DNA of 64,000 bases from Candidatus Hydrogenedentota bacterium (lineage in GTDB: Bacteria > Hydrogenedentota > Hydrogenedentia > Hydrogenedentales > SLHB01), in contig BTWA01000004.1 in the NCBI GenBank assembly GCA_045863295.1, positions 1 through 64,000 of the forward strand, in the 5' to 3' direction. A model generated the notes under the pieces. That model did not search any database. It was not told the origin of the DNA and saw nothing but the letters and a program-made list of their open reading frames with translations. The translations under genes were made by a program, and so were the position numbers. Position 1 is the first letter of the stretch, and each line of letters opens with the position of its first letter. Shown one piece after another: positions 1-9,111 of this stretch.

Positions 1-165
1 AAGACTGAAGTACAGTCTCCGTGGTGCAAAATGCTCACGCAGAATAGTCTGGGCTAGAAACGCTGAGGATATTGCACGTGCACACTGTAAGTGCGCCAGT
101 ATGGGTAACAGGCCGGTTGAATGGTTGTTACACAGTTAATTGGACAAAGTCGTGAAATATCCGGC
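1..165 (-). mobile_element. MITE-like repeat, copy 1 (cut by the window start)
   Basis: Colinear reverse complement of 24959-25123. Bases 1-48 and 139-164 are identical and the centre is diverged. It abuts CTAA at 166-169 (TTAG on minus). Confidence 0.8.
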
Positions 166-957
166 CTAACGGAATCCCTCGACCAACCCCGAGATCAGCA
201 GAAACCACCCGTCCGCCAGGACGAACATGATGATCTTGAACGGCAGCGACACAAATACCGGTGGCAACATCATCATCCCCATGGCCATGAGCGTGCTGGC
301 AACCACCATGTCGATAATGAGGAATGGAATGTAAATCAAGAACCCGATCATGAACGCGACGCGCATCTCGTTCAGCATGAACGCCGGTATCAACACCTGC
401 GTCGGGATGTCATCGAGCGATTGTGGTCTCGGGTAGCCGCCGATGCGCAAAAACAGCGCCACGTCCGTATCCCCTTTGGAACTTTTCTGCACTTGGCGGA
501 ACATGAACTCGCGCAACGGCGCCATTCCACGATTGAATGCTTCCTGCGTCGAGTCGATCTCGCCGTCCATGTATGGACGCAGTCCCTCGTCGTATACCCT
601 TTGATAGGTCGGCATCATAATGAAAAACGTGAGGAACAACGCCAATCCAACTAAGACTTGATTGGGAGGCGACTGCTGCGTCGCCATGGCTTGCCTCAGG
701 AATCCTAACACCACGATGATTCGGACGAAGCTCGTCGTCATTACCAACATGGCCGGGGCGATGGACAAAACGGTGAGGAGAATGAAGACCGTCATTGTCG
801 TGCCGATGCGGTCTGGCGAAATCGCCTCGCCTGCGCTTTGCACAAACGACGTCAGCCCGTCGGGTTCCGCCTCAGCCCCCTCTTGCGCGAACGCAACGCC
901 GACGGAACAAAAAAGGAAGATAATCGCGGCCAGCCGCTGCAGCCTATTCCACCTCAC
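166..957 (-). CDS. fliP: Flagellar export apparatus protein FliP
   Basis: Motifs TSFVRIIVVLGFLRQA, QQSPPNQVL, PAFMLNE, GMMMLPP, PFKIIMFVLADGW. GTG start at 957 inferred; the ORF track extends to 1053. Confidence 0.95.
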   Translation of the reverse strand: MRWNRLQRLAAIIFLFCSVGVAFAQEGAEAEPDGLTSFVQSAGEAISPDRIGTTMTVFILLTVLSIAPAMLVMTTSFVRIIVVLGFLRQAMATQQSPPNQVLVGLALFLTFFIMMPTYQRVYDEGLRPYMDGEIDSTQEAFNRGMAPLREFMFRQVQKSSKGDTDVALFLRIGGYPRPQSLDDIPTQVLIPAFMLNEMRVAFMIGFLIYIPFLIIDMVVASTLMAMGMMMLPPVFVSLPFKIIMFVLADGWFLLISGLVEGFR

Positions 958-1666
958 GGGCCGTTTCCCGCAGGTAATCCTGCAACCGCTCAATGTCTTT
1001 CCGCAGCGAACTAATCTCGTCGACTTCCGGCGAACCACCCGGCAGCGAAACATCCAGCGCTTTTTCCTGCGCCTTTAGCTGCTCCAGAAAAGGCGAGACC
1101 GCGACCGGGGCCTGTATGGCGTCATCCAGCTCTGCCACACGGTATACGCCGTTGGGGCCTACCGCGACAACGAGAATGGTGTCCTTGACTCGAAGAAAAT
1201 GCAGCGCCGTCTTCGGATCCAGCGCCACCCTTCCCAGTCGCTTCACAAAATCCGGATCAGAAACCGCCTGAAACAAGGGCGTCTGTTTTCCAAATCGTTT
1301 CCAGAACGCGAACAGCAACAGCATCAACGCCAATACGACAGCCAAGGCCATCACGGACCGAAGCAATTGCCGCATCGTGTCAGAAAGTGGCCCCGCTTGC
1401 GTGGGTGCCTCGGCGGTCGACTCCTCGCCGGCGTCGCCCATGGCCTTACCCACGTTGGAAAGGAATTCCGCGCTGTCTGCTTCGTCTGCAGGTGTCGGGG
1501 AGGCGTCTTCGGCGGGCGGCGTTTCCGGTTCCGTGGGGGCAGGCTCGCCGGTCGTCTCGGGATACTCCACGGCAGGCGGATCCGTCTCTTCGAATCCGGT
1601 GGAATCATCGGGTGCTTGCGCGATCCACGGCATGGCCAGCAATACGCATAGCGCCAGCCGCGTCAT
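944..1666 (-). CDS. fliO: FliO/FliZ family protein with signal peptide and acidic/Pro-rich N-terminal region
   Basis: Position between fliN and fliP; one TM helix followed by FliO-like 'LGRVALDPKTALHFLRVKDTILVVAVG'. Confidence 0.8.
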   Translation of the reverse strand: MTRLALCVLLAMPWIAQAPDDSTGFEETDPPAVEYPETTGEPAPTEPETPPAEDASPTPADEADSAEFLSNVGKAMGDAGEESTAEAPTQAGPLSDTMRQLLRSVMALAVVLALMLLLFAFWKRFGKQTPLFQAVSDPDFVKRLGRVALDPKTALHFLRVKDTILVVAVGPNGVYRVAELDDAIQAPVAVSPFLEQLKAQEKALDVSLPGGSPEVDEISSLRKDIERLQDYLRETAREVE

Positions 1667-2031
1667 GACCCATCCCCATCCAGCAGATCCATCTCGCCGC
1701 CTTTGTCTTCCTGCCCAACGATTTCGCCGATACGCACATGCAGCATATCGCCTATCACGACCACTTCCCCACGGGCCAGGTGCAATCCATTTACGTAGAT
1801 GTCCGTCATCTCGCCGGCAAGTTTGTTCAGCTGGACGATGGAGCCCCTTCGCAACTCCAGGATCTCGCGCACTTTCATCACGCGAAACCCAAGGGCGGCG
1901 CTCATCGTCAGCCGGACATCCTTGAGATCGTCCACTCGCAGGTGCTCGGTGGGCGGCGATGCCCGCTCGATCACCTCCTCAAACTGATGGCCCTGTGGAG
2001 GATTCCCGGACCGATCCTGCGCGGCCGCCAT
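1663..2031 (-). CDS. fliN: Flagellar motor switch protein FliN (SpoA domain)
   Basis: ILELRRGSIVQLNKLAGE...YVNG..LARGEVVV motif. Confidence 0.9.
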   Translation of the reverse strand: MAAAQDRSGNPPQGHQFEEVIERASPPTEHLRVDDLKDVRLTMSAALGFRVMKVREILELRRGSIVQLNKLAGEMTDIYVNGLHLARGEVVVIGDMLHVRIGEIVGQEDKGGEMDLLDGDGS

Positions 2032-2573
2032 CAGGGATCCACCGGGAAGAATTTAAGGTGCAGCACTTCAATGATTTTGGGAGGACCGCCCTCGCCTCCG
2101 GCCGGATCCGGGAGCCGGAGCAACAACTGATTGGCTTCCTGAAGGATTTGCCTCCGTATGCTTTCCTCAACCATGGGATGCTGCAACTCTTCACGTGTCT
2201 TGTAACTGTGCAACCGGCGGGCTAGATCCACAAACCGGCTCTTGTTGTCATTGACCATCTGCTCCGTACGCGCGTCCGCACACACCAGCGCCACTTGGTA
2301 CTGCAAAATTGACGCTTGGTATTCCGTGCTTGGCATGATGATGGTCGTATTCGATTCCGGAAGATCCACAGTGCGTGAATCGATTGGGATCATGTCGTCC
2401 GGTGGCGGTGGCGGTTCTTCCGCGTTCAGCATGGGCTTCAAAACAAAGGCCCACAACACAAGTCCGCAAATTGCGGCAATCAGGATCGGCGCCAGGATCA
2501 GGACCAACCACTTGATCAATGGCGAACCCTTGCCTGCCTCCTTGGCCTTGGTGTCCTTATCCCCTTCCGCCAT
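2031..2573 (-). CDS. fliL: Flagellar basal body-associated protein FliL
   Basis: Single N-terminal TM, size 180 aa, position after motB, FliL-like C-terminus. Confidence 0.8.
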   Translation of the reverse strand: MAEGDKDTKAKEAGKGSPLIKWLVLILAPILIAAICGLVLWAFVLKPMLNAEEPPPPPDDMIPIDSRTVDLPESNTTIIMPSTEYQASILQYQVALVCADARTEQMVNDNKSRFVDLARRLHSYKTREELQHPMVEESIRRQILQEANQLLLRLPDPAGGEGGPPKIIEVLHLKFFPVDP

Positions 2574-2576
2574 GAT

Positions 2577-3386
2577 TTACGGTGTGACCTCCTGTGTGCC
2601 TTCCGCTGTTTCTTCCACCACCCTGGGGGCGCTGATTTCCTGTATCATCGTGCCGATGGTTTGCTCGGTCTCATCCGCGAAATCACCGCGAATAAACAAC
2701 TCCACCCGCCGGTTTGCCGACCGGCCTTCTTCGGTGGCGTTGTCTGCCATGGGCTGCGACGGTCCGCACGCCACCACCTCGAATTCCTCTTGCGGAACTC
2801 CCGATTGCTGAACGAGATTGAGCATAACATTTTTGGCACGCTCATAGCTTAGGTCGTAGTTATCCCGGAAGTTCGATGCGCTTCGTATGGGCTGATCATC
2901 CGTATGGCCTCGGATCTCTACAAATTTCTGCGGCACCTCAGCAATGATTGCCGCCAACTCTCCCATAAAGCCCGACGCGTCCGGCAACAATTCCGCGCGG
3001 CCGACGTCAAACAAGATGTGGCTGGGCAGGCTGATTTTCAGCCCACCTTCTTTGGGATCGTATTCGACACCAATCTCTTTCTCACGTCCCATGATCTGCA
3101 TTCGGCGTTTAATCTGCCTCGCCGCTTTCTCGATCGTGGACGGCACGCCTTCGTCTCGCCGTGATCCGGAATTACTTGGGCCGATTAGTGAATTGCTCAT
3201 TGGCAGTACGCCAAACGAACCCGTCTTGAAATATTCGAGTGCCTGACTAATCTTTTTGGTGTCCATCACGGAAAATGAAAGCAGCAAAATGAAGAATGTA
3301 AGAAGCAGCCCCATCAGGTCGCCATAGGTCACCATCCAAAGCGGCGCTCCCGGCTCGGCCTCGGGCTGCTTTTTCTGTCGTGCCAT
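2577..3386 (-). CDS. motB: Flagellar stator B subunit (MotB/PomB type)
   Basis: TM WMVTYGDLMGLLLTFFILL; OmpA-like domain with GHTD, NYDLSYERA, NRRVE. Confidence 0.95.
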   Translation of the reverse strand: MARQKKQPEAEPGAPLWMVTYGDLMGLLLTFFILLLSFSVMDTKKISQALEYFKTGSFGVLPMSNSLIGPSNSGSRRDEGVPSTIEKAARQIKRRMQIMGREKEIGVEYDPKEGGLKISLPSHILFDVGRAELLPDASGFMGELAAIIAEVPQKFVEIRGHTDDQPIRSASNFRDNYDLSYERAKNVMLNLVQQSGVPQEEFEVVACGPSQPMADNATEEGRSANRRVELFIRGDFADETEQTIGTMIQEISAPRVVEETAEGTQEVTP

Positions 3387-3400
3387 CGGCGCCGCCTCCG

Positions 3401-4174
3401 TTACTTGCCGCCGGCTTCCAGCTTCGCGCGAATCAAGGGGCTCACGAACGCCTTCAACTTCTGCTCGACCACGCGTGGATTGTCGCCCGACTGTATGGAG
3501 AGAATGCCTTCAATGATTACTTCCTTGGCCAGAAGTTCGTTGGCCGTGCGCACTTTCAATTTGCCCGCCGCGGGAAGGCAGAAGCAATTCGCGATAAGCG
3601 CCCCGTATAACGTGGTCAACAAAGCTACCGCCATGGCGCCGCCAATCTGGCTCGGGTCGGTCATCGCGGTCAACATCTGCACAAGTCCAATTAGCGTGCC
3701 GATCATGCCGAACGCGGGAGCAAACGTACCCATGCCCGTGAGCATCGCTTGACCCACGGAGTGCCGGTTCTCGGTGAAGGCCAGTTCTGTCGAAAGAATA
3801 TCTTTGATCAACTCAGGGGCCGTACCGTCGATTGCAAGCTGTATTCCCTTGCGAAGAAATTCGTCGCCGGCATCCGCGGCATAATTCTCCAGCGCAAGTA
3901 TTCCTTCACGCCGCGCCACGGTTGCAAACTCCACCAACTTCAGTATGAGAGTCTCCGGATTTTTCTCCTCGTGGAAGAACGCGTTCTTCACCGTCCCCAT
4001 GACGCTCAGCACTTCACGCAGTGGATAATTGATAAGCGTCGTGGCGACCGTGCCGCCAAACACAATGAGAATAGACGGAATGTTGATGAAGATGAGCGGA
4101 TTCGGGCCGATAAGAATGGATACGACTACCAATCCGAAGCCGGATACCAATCCAATTACGGTTGCGATATCCAT
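3401..4174 (-). CDS. motA: Flagellar stator A subunit (MotA/PomA type)
   Basis: ARREGILALE, APAFGMIGTLIGL, AVALLTTLYG, IQSGDNP. Confidence 0.95.
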   Translation of the reverse strand: MDIATVIGLVSGFGLVVVSILIGPNPLIFINIPSILIVFGGTVATTLINYPLREVLSVMGTVKNAFFHEEKNPETLILKLVEFATVARREGILALENYAADAGDEFLRKGIQLAIDGTAPELIKDILSTELAFTENRHSVGQAMLTGMGTFAPAFGMIGTLIGLVQMLTAMTDPSQIGGAMAVALLTTLYGALIANCFCLPAAGKLKVRTANELLAKEVIIEGILSIQSGDNPRVVEQKLKAFVSPLIRAKLEAGGK

Positions 4175-4247
4175 CTACCGTCACCTACCCAATCGCATGT
4201 CTTGAAGGTTAAAACCCAATATCTAGACATAATCCTTCGCAGGCAAC

Positions 4248-4277
4248 ACTATATATCGAGTCTCACTGCAAAGTCTA
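4248..4277 (-). promoter_or_regulatory. Possible sigma-70 promoter for motA
   Basis: TAGACT-N18-TATAGT on minus, between the flgE terminator and motA. Confidence 0.35.
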
Positions 4278-4298
4278 GTAAATGGCCGGTTCATCGGC

Positions 4299-4335
4299 AA
4301 AAAAAAAGAGGCGTGGGGATCGAAACCCCCACGCC
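4299..4335 (-). terminator. Intrinsic terminator after flgE
   Basis: GGCGTGGGG/CCCCACGCC stem followed by a T9 tract on minus. Confidence 0.85.
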
Positions 4336-4373
4336 ATGCCCGAAGGCTCTCCGTGGTTTAGCGAATCAAGGAA

Positions 4374-5618
4374 CTATCGAATCAGGTTAACCGTTTCCTG
4401 GAGCAACGTGTCGGCCGTGGTGATGGTCCGGGCGTTGGCTTGGAATCCGCGCTGGGTGATGATCAGATTGCTGAACTCCGTGCCCAGATCAACGTTGGAG
4501 TTTTCCAGCACCCCTCCGGTGACCGTCCCACGGCCTCCCGTGTTCGGAATTCCCACCTGGGGCAGACCCGAGCCTGGGCTGTCCCGGAACAGGTTATTCC
4601 CGTACCGGATAAGACCGCCGTTGTTGGAGAAGGTGGCCAAGGCCACCTGTCCCAACTCGCGGGTCAGGCCGTTCGTGAAGATGCCGTTGATAATGCCGTC
4701 CGCGCCGATATTGAACGATTCCAGCACACCGCGCGGGAATCCGTCTTGCGTGGAAACCACCACGTCACTCTCCGCGGCGAGCTGTGTCACCGACGAAAAG
4801 TCGAGGTCAAACGCAAATGGTTGCACGGGCGTGGCCGGTAGTCCTGCGACAAACGTCATACTTACGTTGCCGACACCGCCCGCTGTCACGTTGCCGCTGG
4901 CATCAAAAGTAATGCTGCCCGCGCCGGTGATGGTGGCGACATCAGGATCGGTTGTGGTGGCCGCCCAATCCCATTGGTTTGTCGTGGCCGACTTGGTGAA
5001 TGTGATGGTGATATCCCGGGCCGTGCCAAGGGAGTCGAATACCCGCACGGTTCGCACCACGGTGTCGCCGGTGGCCGCATCGGAGTTCACGTTGCCTATC
5101 AGCGTTGCTTCGGTAGTTGCCCGCACGATGGCCGTCGCACCAACCGGGATCACGATGTCAGTGATGGGTCCGTTCGGGTCGATGACCCCGGTGTCGTCCG
5201 CGAGCACGCCTTGGACCACAAGGCCGGTGCCCGGATCGACCAACGCGCCGGCATTATTAATGTTAAATGTGCCGTCTCGCGTATAGAACCGGTCGGTTCC
5301 GTTCGCGAGGATGAAGAATCCAGATCCCTGGATAGCCAGATCCGAAGCCACACCCGTGGTCGTGAGCGCGCCTTGAGTATGGTTCACGTCAATGGCGCCA
5401 ATGCGCACGCCAAGCCCAATCTGGCCGGGGTTGGTCCCGCCAAACGTATTGACGGGGGCGCGGGGGCCAAACAAGGTCTGGCTGAATAGATCCTGGAACA
5501 GCATTCGCGAACCGCGAAAGCCGGTGGTGTTTACGTTGGCGATGTTGTTGGCGATGACGTCAATCCGGCGCTGGTGCACCTGGAGTCCGGTCACGCCGGT
5601 GAAAAGCGCTGTGCCCAT
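4374..5618 (-). CDS. flgE: Flagellar hook protein FlgE
   Basis: IANNIANVNTTGF, DLAIQGSGFF, YTRDG, LENSNVDL, QRGFQANAR; 414 aa. Confidence 0.95.
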   Translation of the reverse strand: MGTALFTGVTGLQVHQRRIDVIANNIANVNTTGFRGSRMLFQDLFSQTLFGPRAPVNTFGGTNPGQIGLGVRIGAIDVNHTQGALTTTGVASDLAIQGSGFFILANGTDRFYTRDGTFNINNAGALVDPGTGLVVQGVLADDTGVIDPNGPITDIVIPVGATAIVRATTEATLIGNVNSDAATGDTVVRTVRVFDSLGTARDITITFTKSATTNQWDWAATTTDPDVATITGAGSITFDASGNVTAGGVGNVSMTFVAGLPATPVQPFAFDLDFSSVTQLAAESDVVVSTQDGFPRGVLESFNIGADGIINGIFTNGLTRELGQVALATFSNNGGLIRYGNNLFRDSPGSGLPQVGIPNTGGRGTVTGGVLENSNVDLGTEFSNLIITQRGFQANARTITTADTLLQETVNLIR

Positions 5619-5714
5619 TCAAGCACTCCTTATTCGTTCGTGACGCCGCGTCCGTCAATCGGCGGCATCGTGGGCATCCCCTGTGGGTCCGGCCCAGTTT
5701 CGTGTAATTTGCAG

Positions 5715-6137
5715 CTACAGATACGGGGCAGTCAGCCCCGACTTTGGTGCCGTCGGCTGCCCGAGGAATACGGCACTGTCAATGTGGGTGAATACCGCAT
5801 CGTTCAATTCGTCCGAAGGCAGAGCGGTAATAACCGTTCTGTTCGGCACGCTGACGATGAGCGCTGCTTTGTCCATAATCACGAGGGATTCCTTGGAGCC
5901 CTTGGCCGATGCCTTGTCGACGGCTGATTCAATCTGCCGAAGATCGGAGGCGGACAAGTGTATCCGGCGTTCCAGCAACCGTTGTTCGGCATGAGCCGAG
6001 AATCGAACCGCATTGGGGGTTCCCATGGCGGCTTGAAGACTCTCGGAAAACCGGGTCCGGCTTGCGGGAGGTCCCAGTGATCGGGTGCCCAGGGGTTCGC
6101 GATTCCCCTGAACGGGACTGAGATCAATTGGTGTCAT
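5715..6137 (-). CDS. Flagellar operon protein (TIGR02530-like)
   Basis: FSAHAEQRL..R.I, KGSKESLV, VSVPNRTVIT, VFTHIDSAV; lies between flgD and flgE. ATG at 6137 chosen. Confidence 0.85.
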   Translation of the reverse strand: MTPIDLSPVQGNREPLGTRSLGPPASRTRFSESLQAAMGTPNAVRFSAHAEQRLLERRIHLSASDLRQIESAVDKASAKGSKESLVIMDKAALIVSVPNRTVITALPSDELNDAVFTHIDSAVFLGQPTAPKSGLTAPYL

Positions 6138-6675
6138 CAAGGGTCTTGATCCCCATGACACCGGCCATTGACACGGTCTGTTCGCCCACCGTTAGGTAGA
6201 CGATTCCGTCGTCCATGTGAACGCCTTCAACCACGCCTTCAACGGACTCGCCATCCACGTCCAGACCGGTGATGGTCCGCCCGAGCAGAAGACTGCCTGT
6301 GATGAAGTTATTCTGATCCATGTTCGACGAAAGCCGCTCAAAGCTCTCGTTCAAGTTGTTCATCTGTTCCAGCGACGTAAACTGAGCCAACTGCGCGAGC
6401 ATGTCGGCATTGTCGGTCGGTTCAAGGGGGTCCTGGTATTGAATCTGGCGCACCAGCAATTCCAGAAACGCGTCCTTGCCCAACTCGCCGCCAGCGATGC
6501 TGCCTACGCCACCGGATTCGCCGTCGGCCTTGGTTTCCGCGGCCTTCAACGCTTTAAGCAACGAAGCCTGTTGGGGTTCCGTGATTGACGAACTTTCGCT
6601 TCGCAATCGCGGATCGACCCAGGGTTGCAGCAGCTTCTCCGTCAGGGAGTCGAGCGCTGCCAGTGGATTGATCAT
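6124..6675 (-). CDS. flgD: Flagellar hook capping protein FlgD
   Basis: LGKDAFLELLVRQIQYQDPLEP...AQLAQFTSLEQM. Confidence 0.95.
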   Translation of the reverse strand: MINPLAALDSLTEKLLQPWVDPRLRSESSSITEPQQASLLKALKAAETKADGESGGVGSIAGGELGKDAFLELLVRQIQYQDPLEPTDNADMLAQLAQFTSLEQMNNLNESFERLSSNMDQNNFITGSLLLGRTITGLDVDGESVEGVVEGVHMDDGIVYLTVGEQTVSMAGVMGIKTLDDTN

Positions 6676-6690
6676 GGTATCTCCTTTACA

Positions 6691-7947
6691 TCATGCGAAC
6701 ATGTTGAGTGATCCGGCGTACCAAGCGCCCCGGCGGTTCTGTCCGCCGGACTGCGAATGGCTTGCGGTGCCGCCTCTCGGCGGTGCTCCGCCATAGTCAT
6801 TGCTGTACGCCTGACTCAAGGGCGGCCGCGGGGTGTTTGGATTGTGGCCCTGTTGTGGGGCCGCTTCCGCTGTGACGGTGATGCGCGAGACATCCACGCC
6901 GCTCTGCAAAAGCGCGTCACGCAACAGATGCACCTGGTTCTGAAGCACATCGCGGACGCCTGCGTTCGGACTGCTCATCCGTACAACCAACGCTTCCCGT
7001 TGGCTCGTGACTTCCACATGCACTTCACCAAGCGACTCTGGAACGAGCCGCACACGAACGCTGGATTCGTTCTGATCCACGAGATAGCGGATACTGCGTA
7101 CCGCATTCTCCGGCAATGCATCGATCGTGCTTTGAATCGTCCCCAAGCCTGCTCCCGCCTCCGAGTCTGTTCCGACTTGAGTAGCTTTCAAGGCGTGATG
7201 CGTGGGCGTTGTGGTCACGTCCACCCCTTGAACGCGGGCAGGCGCGAATTCGGTTACCGGCTGCCGGTGTGAAACGGCAACTTCCAACTCGTGGGATTGC
7301 ACATTCGGGTCGACGATCTTGGCAGCCTTTTCCGGTTTCTCCTTCGATACATCCTTGGATAGAGACTCGGAGGCCTGCGAATCAACCGGATCGCCATCGA
7401 ACGAGACTTCATCGTCGACCGATACTGGCTGAACTGCACTCGCCGGAGGCGTCTGCGGCGGATGTCGATCGGCCTTGACGGTCAATGCCTCTGCATTCTC
7501 AACGATGGGCTTGACCGCGACCGGCAACGTCACGCCGGGCGCATCCGCCGTCGCATCTTCGACAGGCAATTCCGCTTCGGCCGCAGGCACAACCGGGTTT
7601 TGAGTCGTCACTCTTGCAAGTTGCGAACTCAACTCCGTATCCACGGCGTCAATGCTGGGGGATGGATCCCCTTCCAACAGTGGCACCGGCGGATTTACCG
7701 GTACGGGTGTAATTAATCCAGCGATGAGCGCCGACGCGTCCCCGGAGGGTTGATCGCCCTCTGCGGTCTCCGGTGGCGGTGCAGCGCCTTCGAGCTGAAT
7801 CGTGCCATCCTGTGCCGCCTGCCCCTGTAAAAGGGCTAGCAGCACCGCAAACAAACCGCCCGAACCCGGTGGTGAAGTTGCCGAGACTGCTGTAGCCGAC
7901 TGCGCTGCTTCAGCGCCGGGCGCCTTTATGGACTGTATAGCTTGCAC
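6691..7947 (-). CDS. fliK: Flagellar hook-length control protein FliK
   Basis: Low-complexity A/P/D N-terminus plus C-terminal 'VRLVPESLGEVHVEV' domain. GTG at 7947 lies 8 nt from GGAGG. Confidence 0.85.
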   Translation of the reverse strand: MQAIQSIKAPGAEAAQSATAVSATSPPGSGGLFAVLLALLQGQAAQDGTIQLEGAAPPPETAEGDQPSGDASALIAGLITPVPVNPPVPLLEGDPSPSIDAVDTELSSQLARVTTQNPVVPAAEAELPVEDATADAPGVTLPVAVKPIVENAEALTVKADRHPPQTPPASAVQPVSVDDEVSFDGDPVDSQASESLSKDVSKEKPEKAAKIVDPNVQSHELEVAVSHRQPVTEFAPARVQGVDVTTTPTHHALKATQVGTDSEAGAGLGTIQSTIDALPENAVRSIRYLVDQNESSVRVRLVPESLGEVHVEVTSQREALVVRMSSPNAGVRDVLQNQVHLLRDALLQSGVDVSRITVTAEAAPQQGHNPNTPRPPLSQAYSNDYGGAPPRGGTASHSQSGGQNRRGAWYAGSLNMFA

Positions 7948-8092
7948 ATAGTTCACCTCCTTTCAATTCCTTGGGTATACTCACGCGGATCCGTTCCGCG
8001 TTTGAGTCAAAGGATAGAAATGACTTTCAGCGTGGGATTGGGAAAGGAAACAGGATGAAGGGGGCCGGATACGGCGTTCTAGAACGCGATGC

Positions 8093-8644
8093 TCAGGTGC
8101 CGAGTTTTTGAATCGCCTGCAAGAATCGGCTGGCTATTTCGGGATCAAGACCGTCGAGAATTGCGCCCCGTTGCCGTTCGCCCATCAGGAGTAAAACGCG
8201 GGCCGCATCTTCCGGAGTCCATGTCTCGATGGTCAACGCCGCCTGTTTCGCCTTCATTTTTTCCAACGATTTCGAAACTTCCTGCAATTGCGCCTGTTTG
8301 GCAGCGTCGGCTTCGTCCAACGAGGTGGACATCTGGGCAATCAATTGGGAGACTTCGTCGCGTAGTTCTTCGTTCTGTTGAATCAACTCTTTCAATCGAT
8401 CTTCCTGTGCCTTTAATTGCGCAGCCTTGGCTTCGACTTCTTCTTCGCGCTTCTTCAGGCTGAGAGCCTTTTCCCCAACTTCATCGGCCTTTTCAACCGC
8501 TTCAAGTGCGACGGCCGGCTCCTGCTTGCCCATCAGTTTCTTCAGCGTTTCCTGATTCAAATTGCCCGTCAAGGAAAGCGCGCCGAGAATTGTTCCCGCG
8601 AAAGCGAGAATGAACAGCATCAAAATCGTGATGAATTTGGCCAT
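8093..8644 (-). CDS. MotE/YlxF/FlbB-like flagellar protein (TM, coiled coil, MgtE-N-like domain)
   Basis: Position between fliJ and fliK; 'MKAKQAA..IE...AARVL..M.ERQRGAIL..LDPE.A'. Confidence 0.75.
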   Translation of the reverse strand: MAKFITILMLFILAFAGTILGALSLTGNLNQETLKKLMGKQEPAVALEAVEKADEVGEKALSLKKREEEVEAKAAQLKAQEDRLKELIQQNEELRDEVSQLIAQMSTSLDEADAAKQAQLQEVSKSLEKMKAKQAALTIETWTPEDAARVLLLMGERQRGAILDGLDPEIASRFLQAIQKLGT

Positions 8645-8646
8645 GG

Positions 8647-9105
8647 TCAGGTCTTCAGGGTGCGCGCGCGGCTCGCGCGATTGGACCCGGTTTCGTCAAT
8701 CCGTTTCTGTTCGACTTTCGACGACTCCAACTGATAAGCGGCGTCGCGGCGTTCTTTTAATCGTTCCAGCATCCGGCGCTTTTTATATGCTTCCACCAAC
8801 TCCTGCCGCCGCTGATCTTCGATGCCCTTCAAGCGCGCAATTTCCGCGTCCTTTTCGACGCTCAACCGCGCCAAATACCGCTCGTACTGGTAATACGCCT
8901 TTACCTGGCGGGGGTCAATCTGTTTCTTTGACTTTTCGGCAATCGTTTCCAACGTATGAATCTGTTCGACTTCAATCTGGTTGCGCTGCACTACATTCGA
9001 TTGGATTTCGCGATGCACTTCGGCCAGCCGCTGCGCCTTCAAATCCTCCTGCCGCTTGCGTACCCGAAGCAGTGTACCGTACTCAAAGGCTTTCGACTTG
9101 GCCAT
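8647..9105 (-). CDS. fliJ: Flagellar export chaperone FliJ
   Basis: Coiled coil directly after fliI; LLRVR...E, LERLKER, EQKRIDE. Confidence 0.85.
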   Translation of the reverse strand: MAKSKAFEYGTLLRVRKRQEDLKAQRLAEVHREIQSNVVQRNQIEVEQIHTLETIAEKSKKQIDPRQVKAYYQYERYLARLSVEKDAEIARLKGIEDQRRQELVEAYKKRRMLERLKERRDAAYQLESSKVEQKRIDETGSNRASRARTLKT

Positions 9106-9111
9106 GCTCCG

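Noticed and set aside
121..654. Plus-strand ORF starting in the repeat, sharing LIGQSREISGL with ORF 24803-25033
   Set aside because: The shared peptide is just the MITE end; the ORF is antisense to fliP and shows no transposase motif.
4290..4300. GCCGATGA sigma-28-like -10 box upstream of motA
   Set aside because: No TAAA -35 at the right spacing; that position falls inside the terminator stem.
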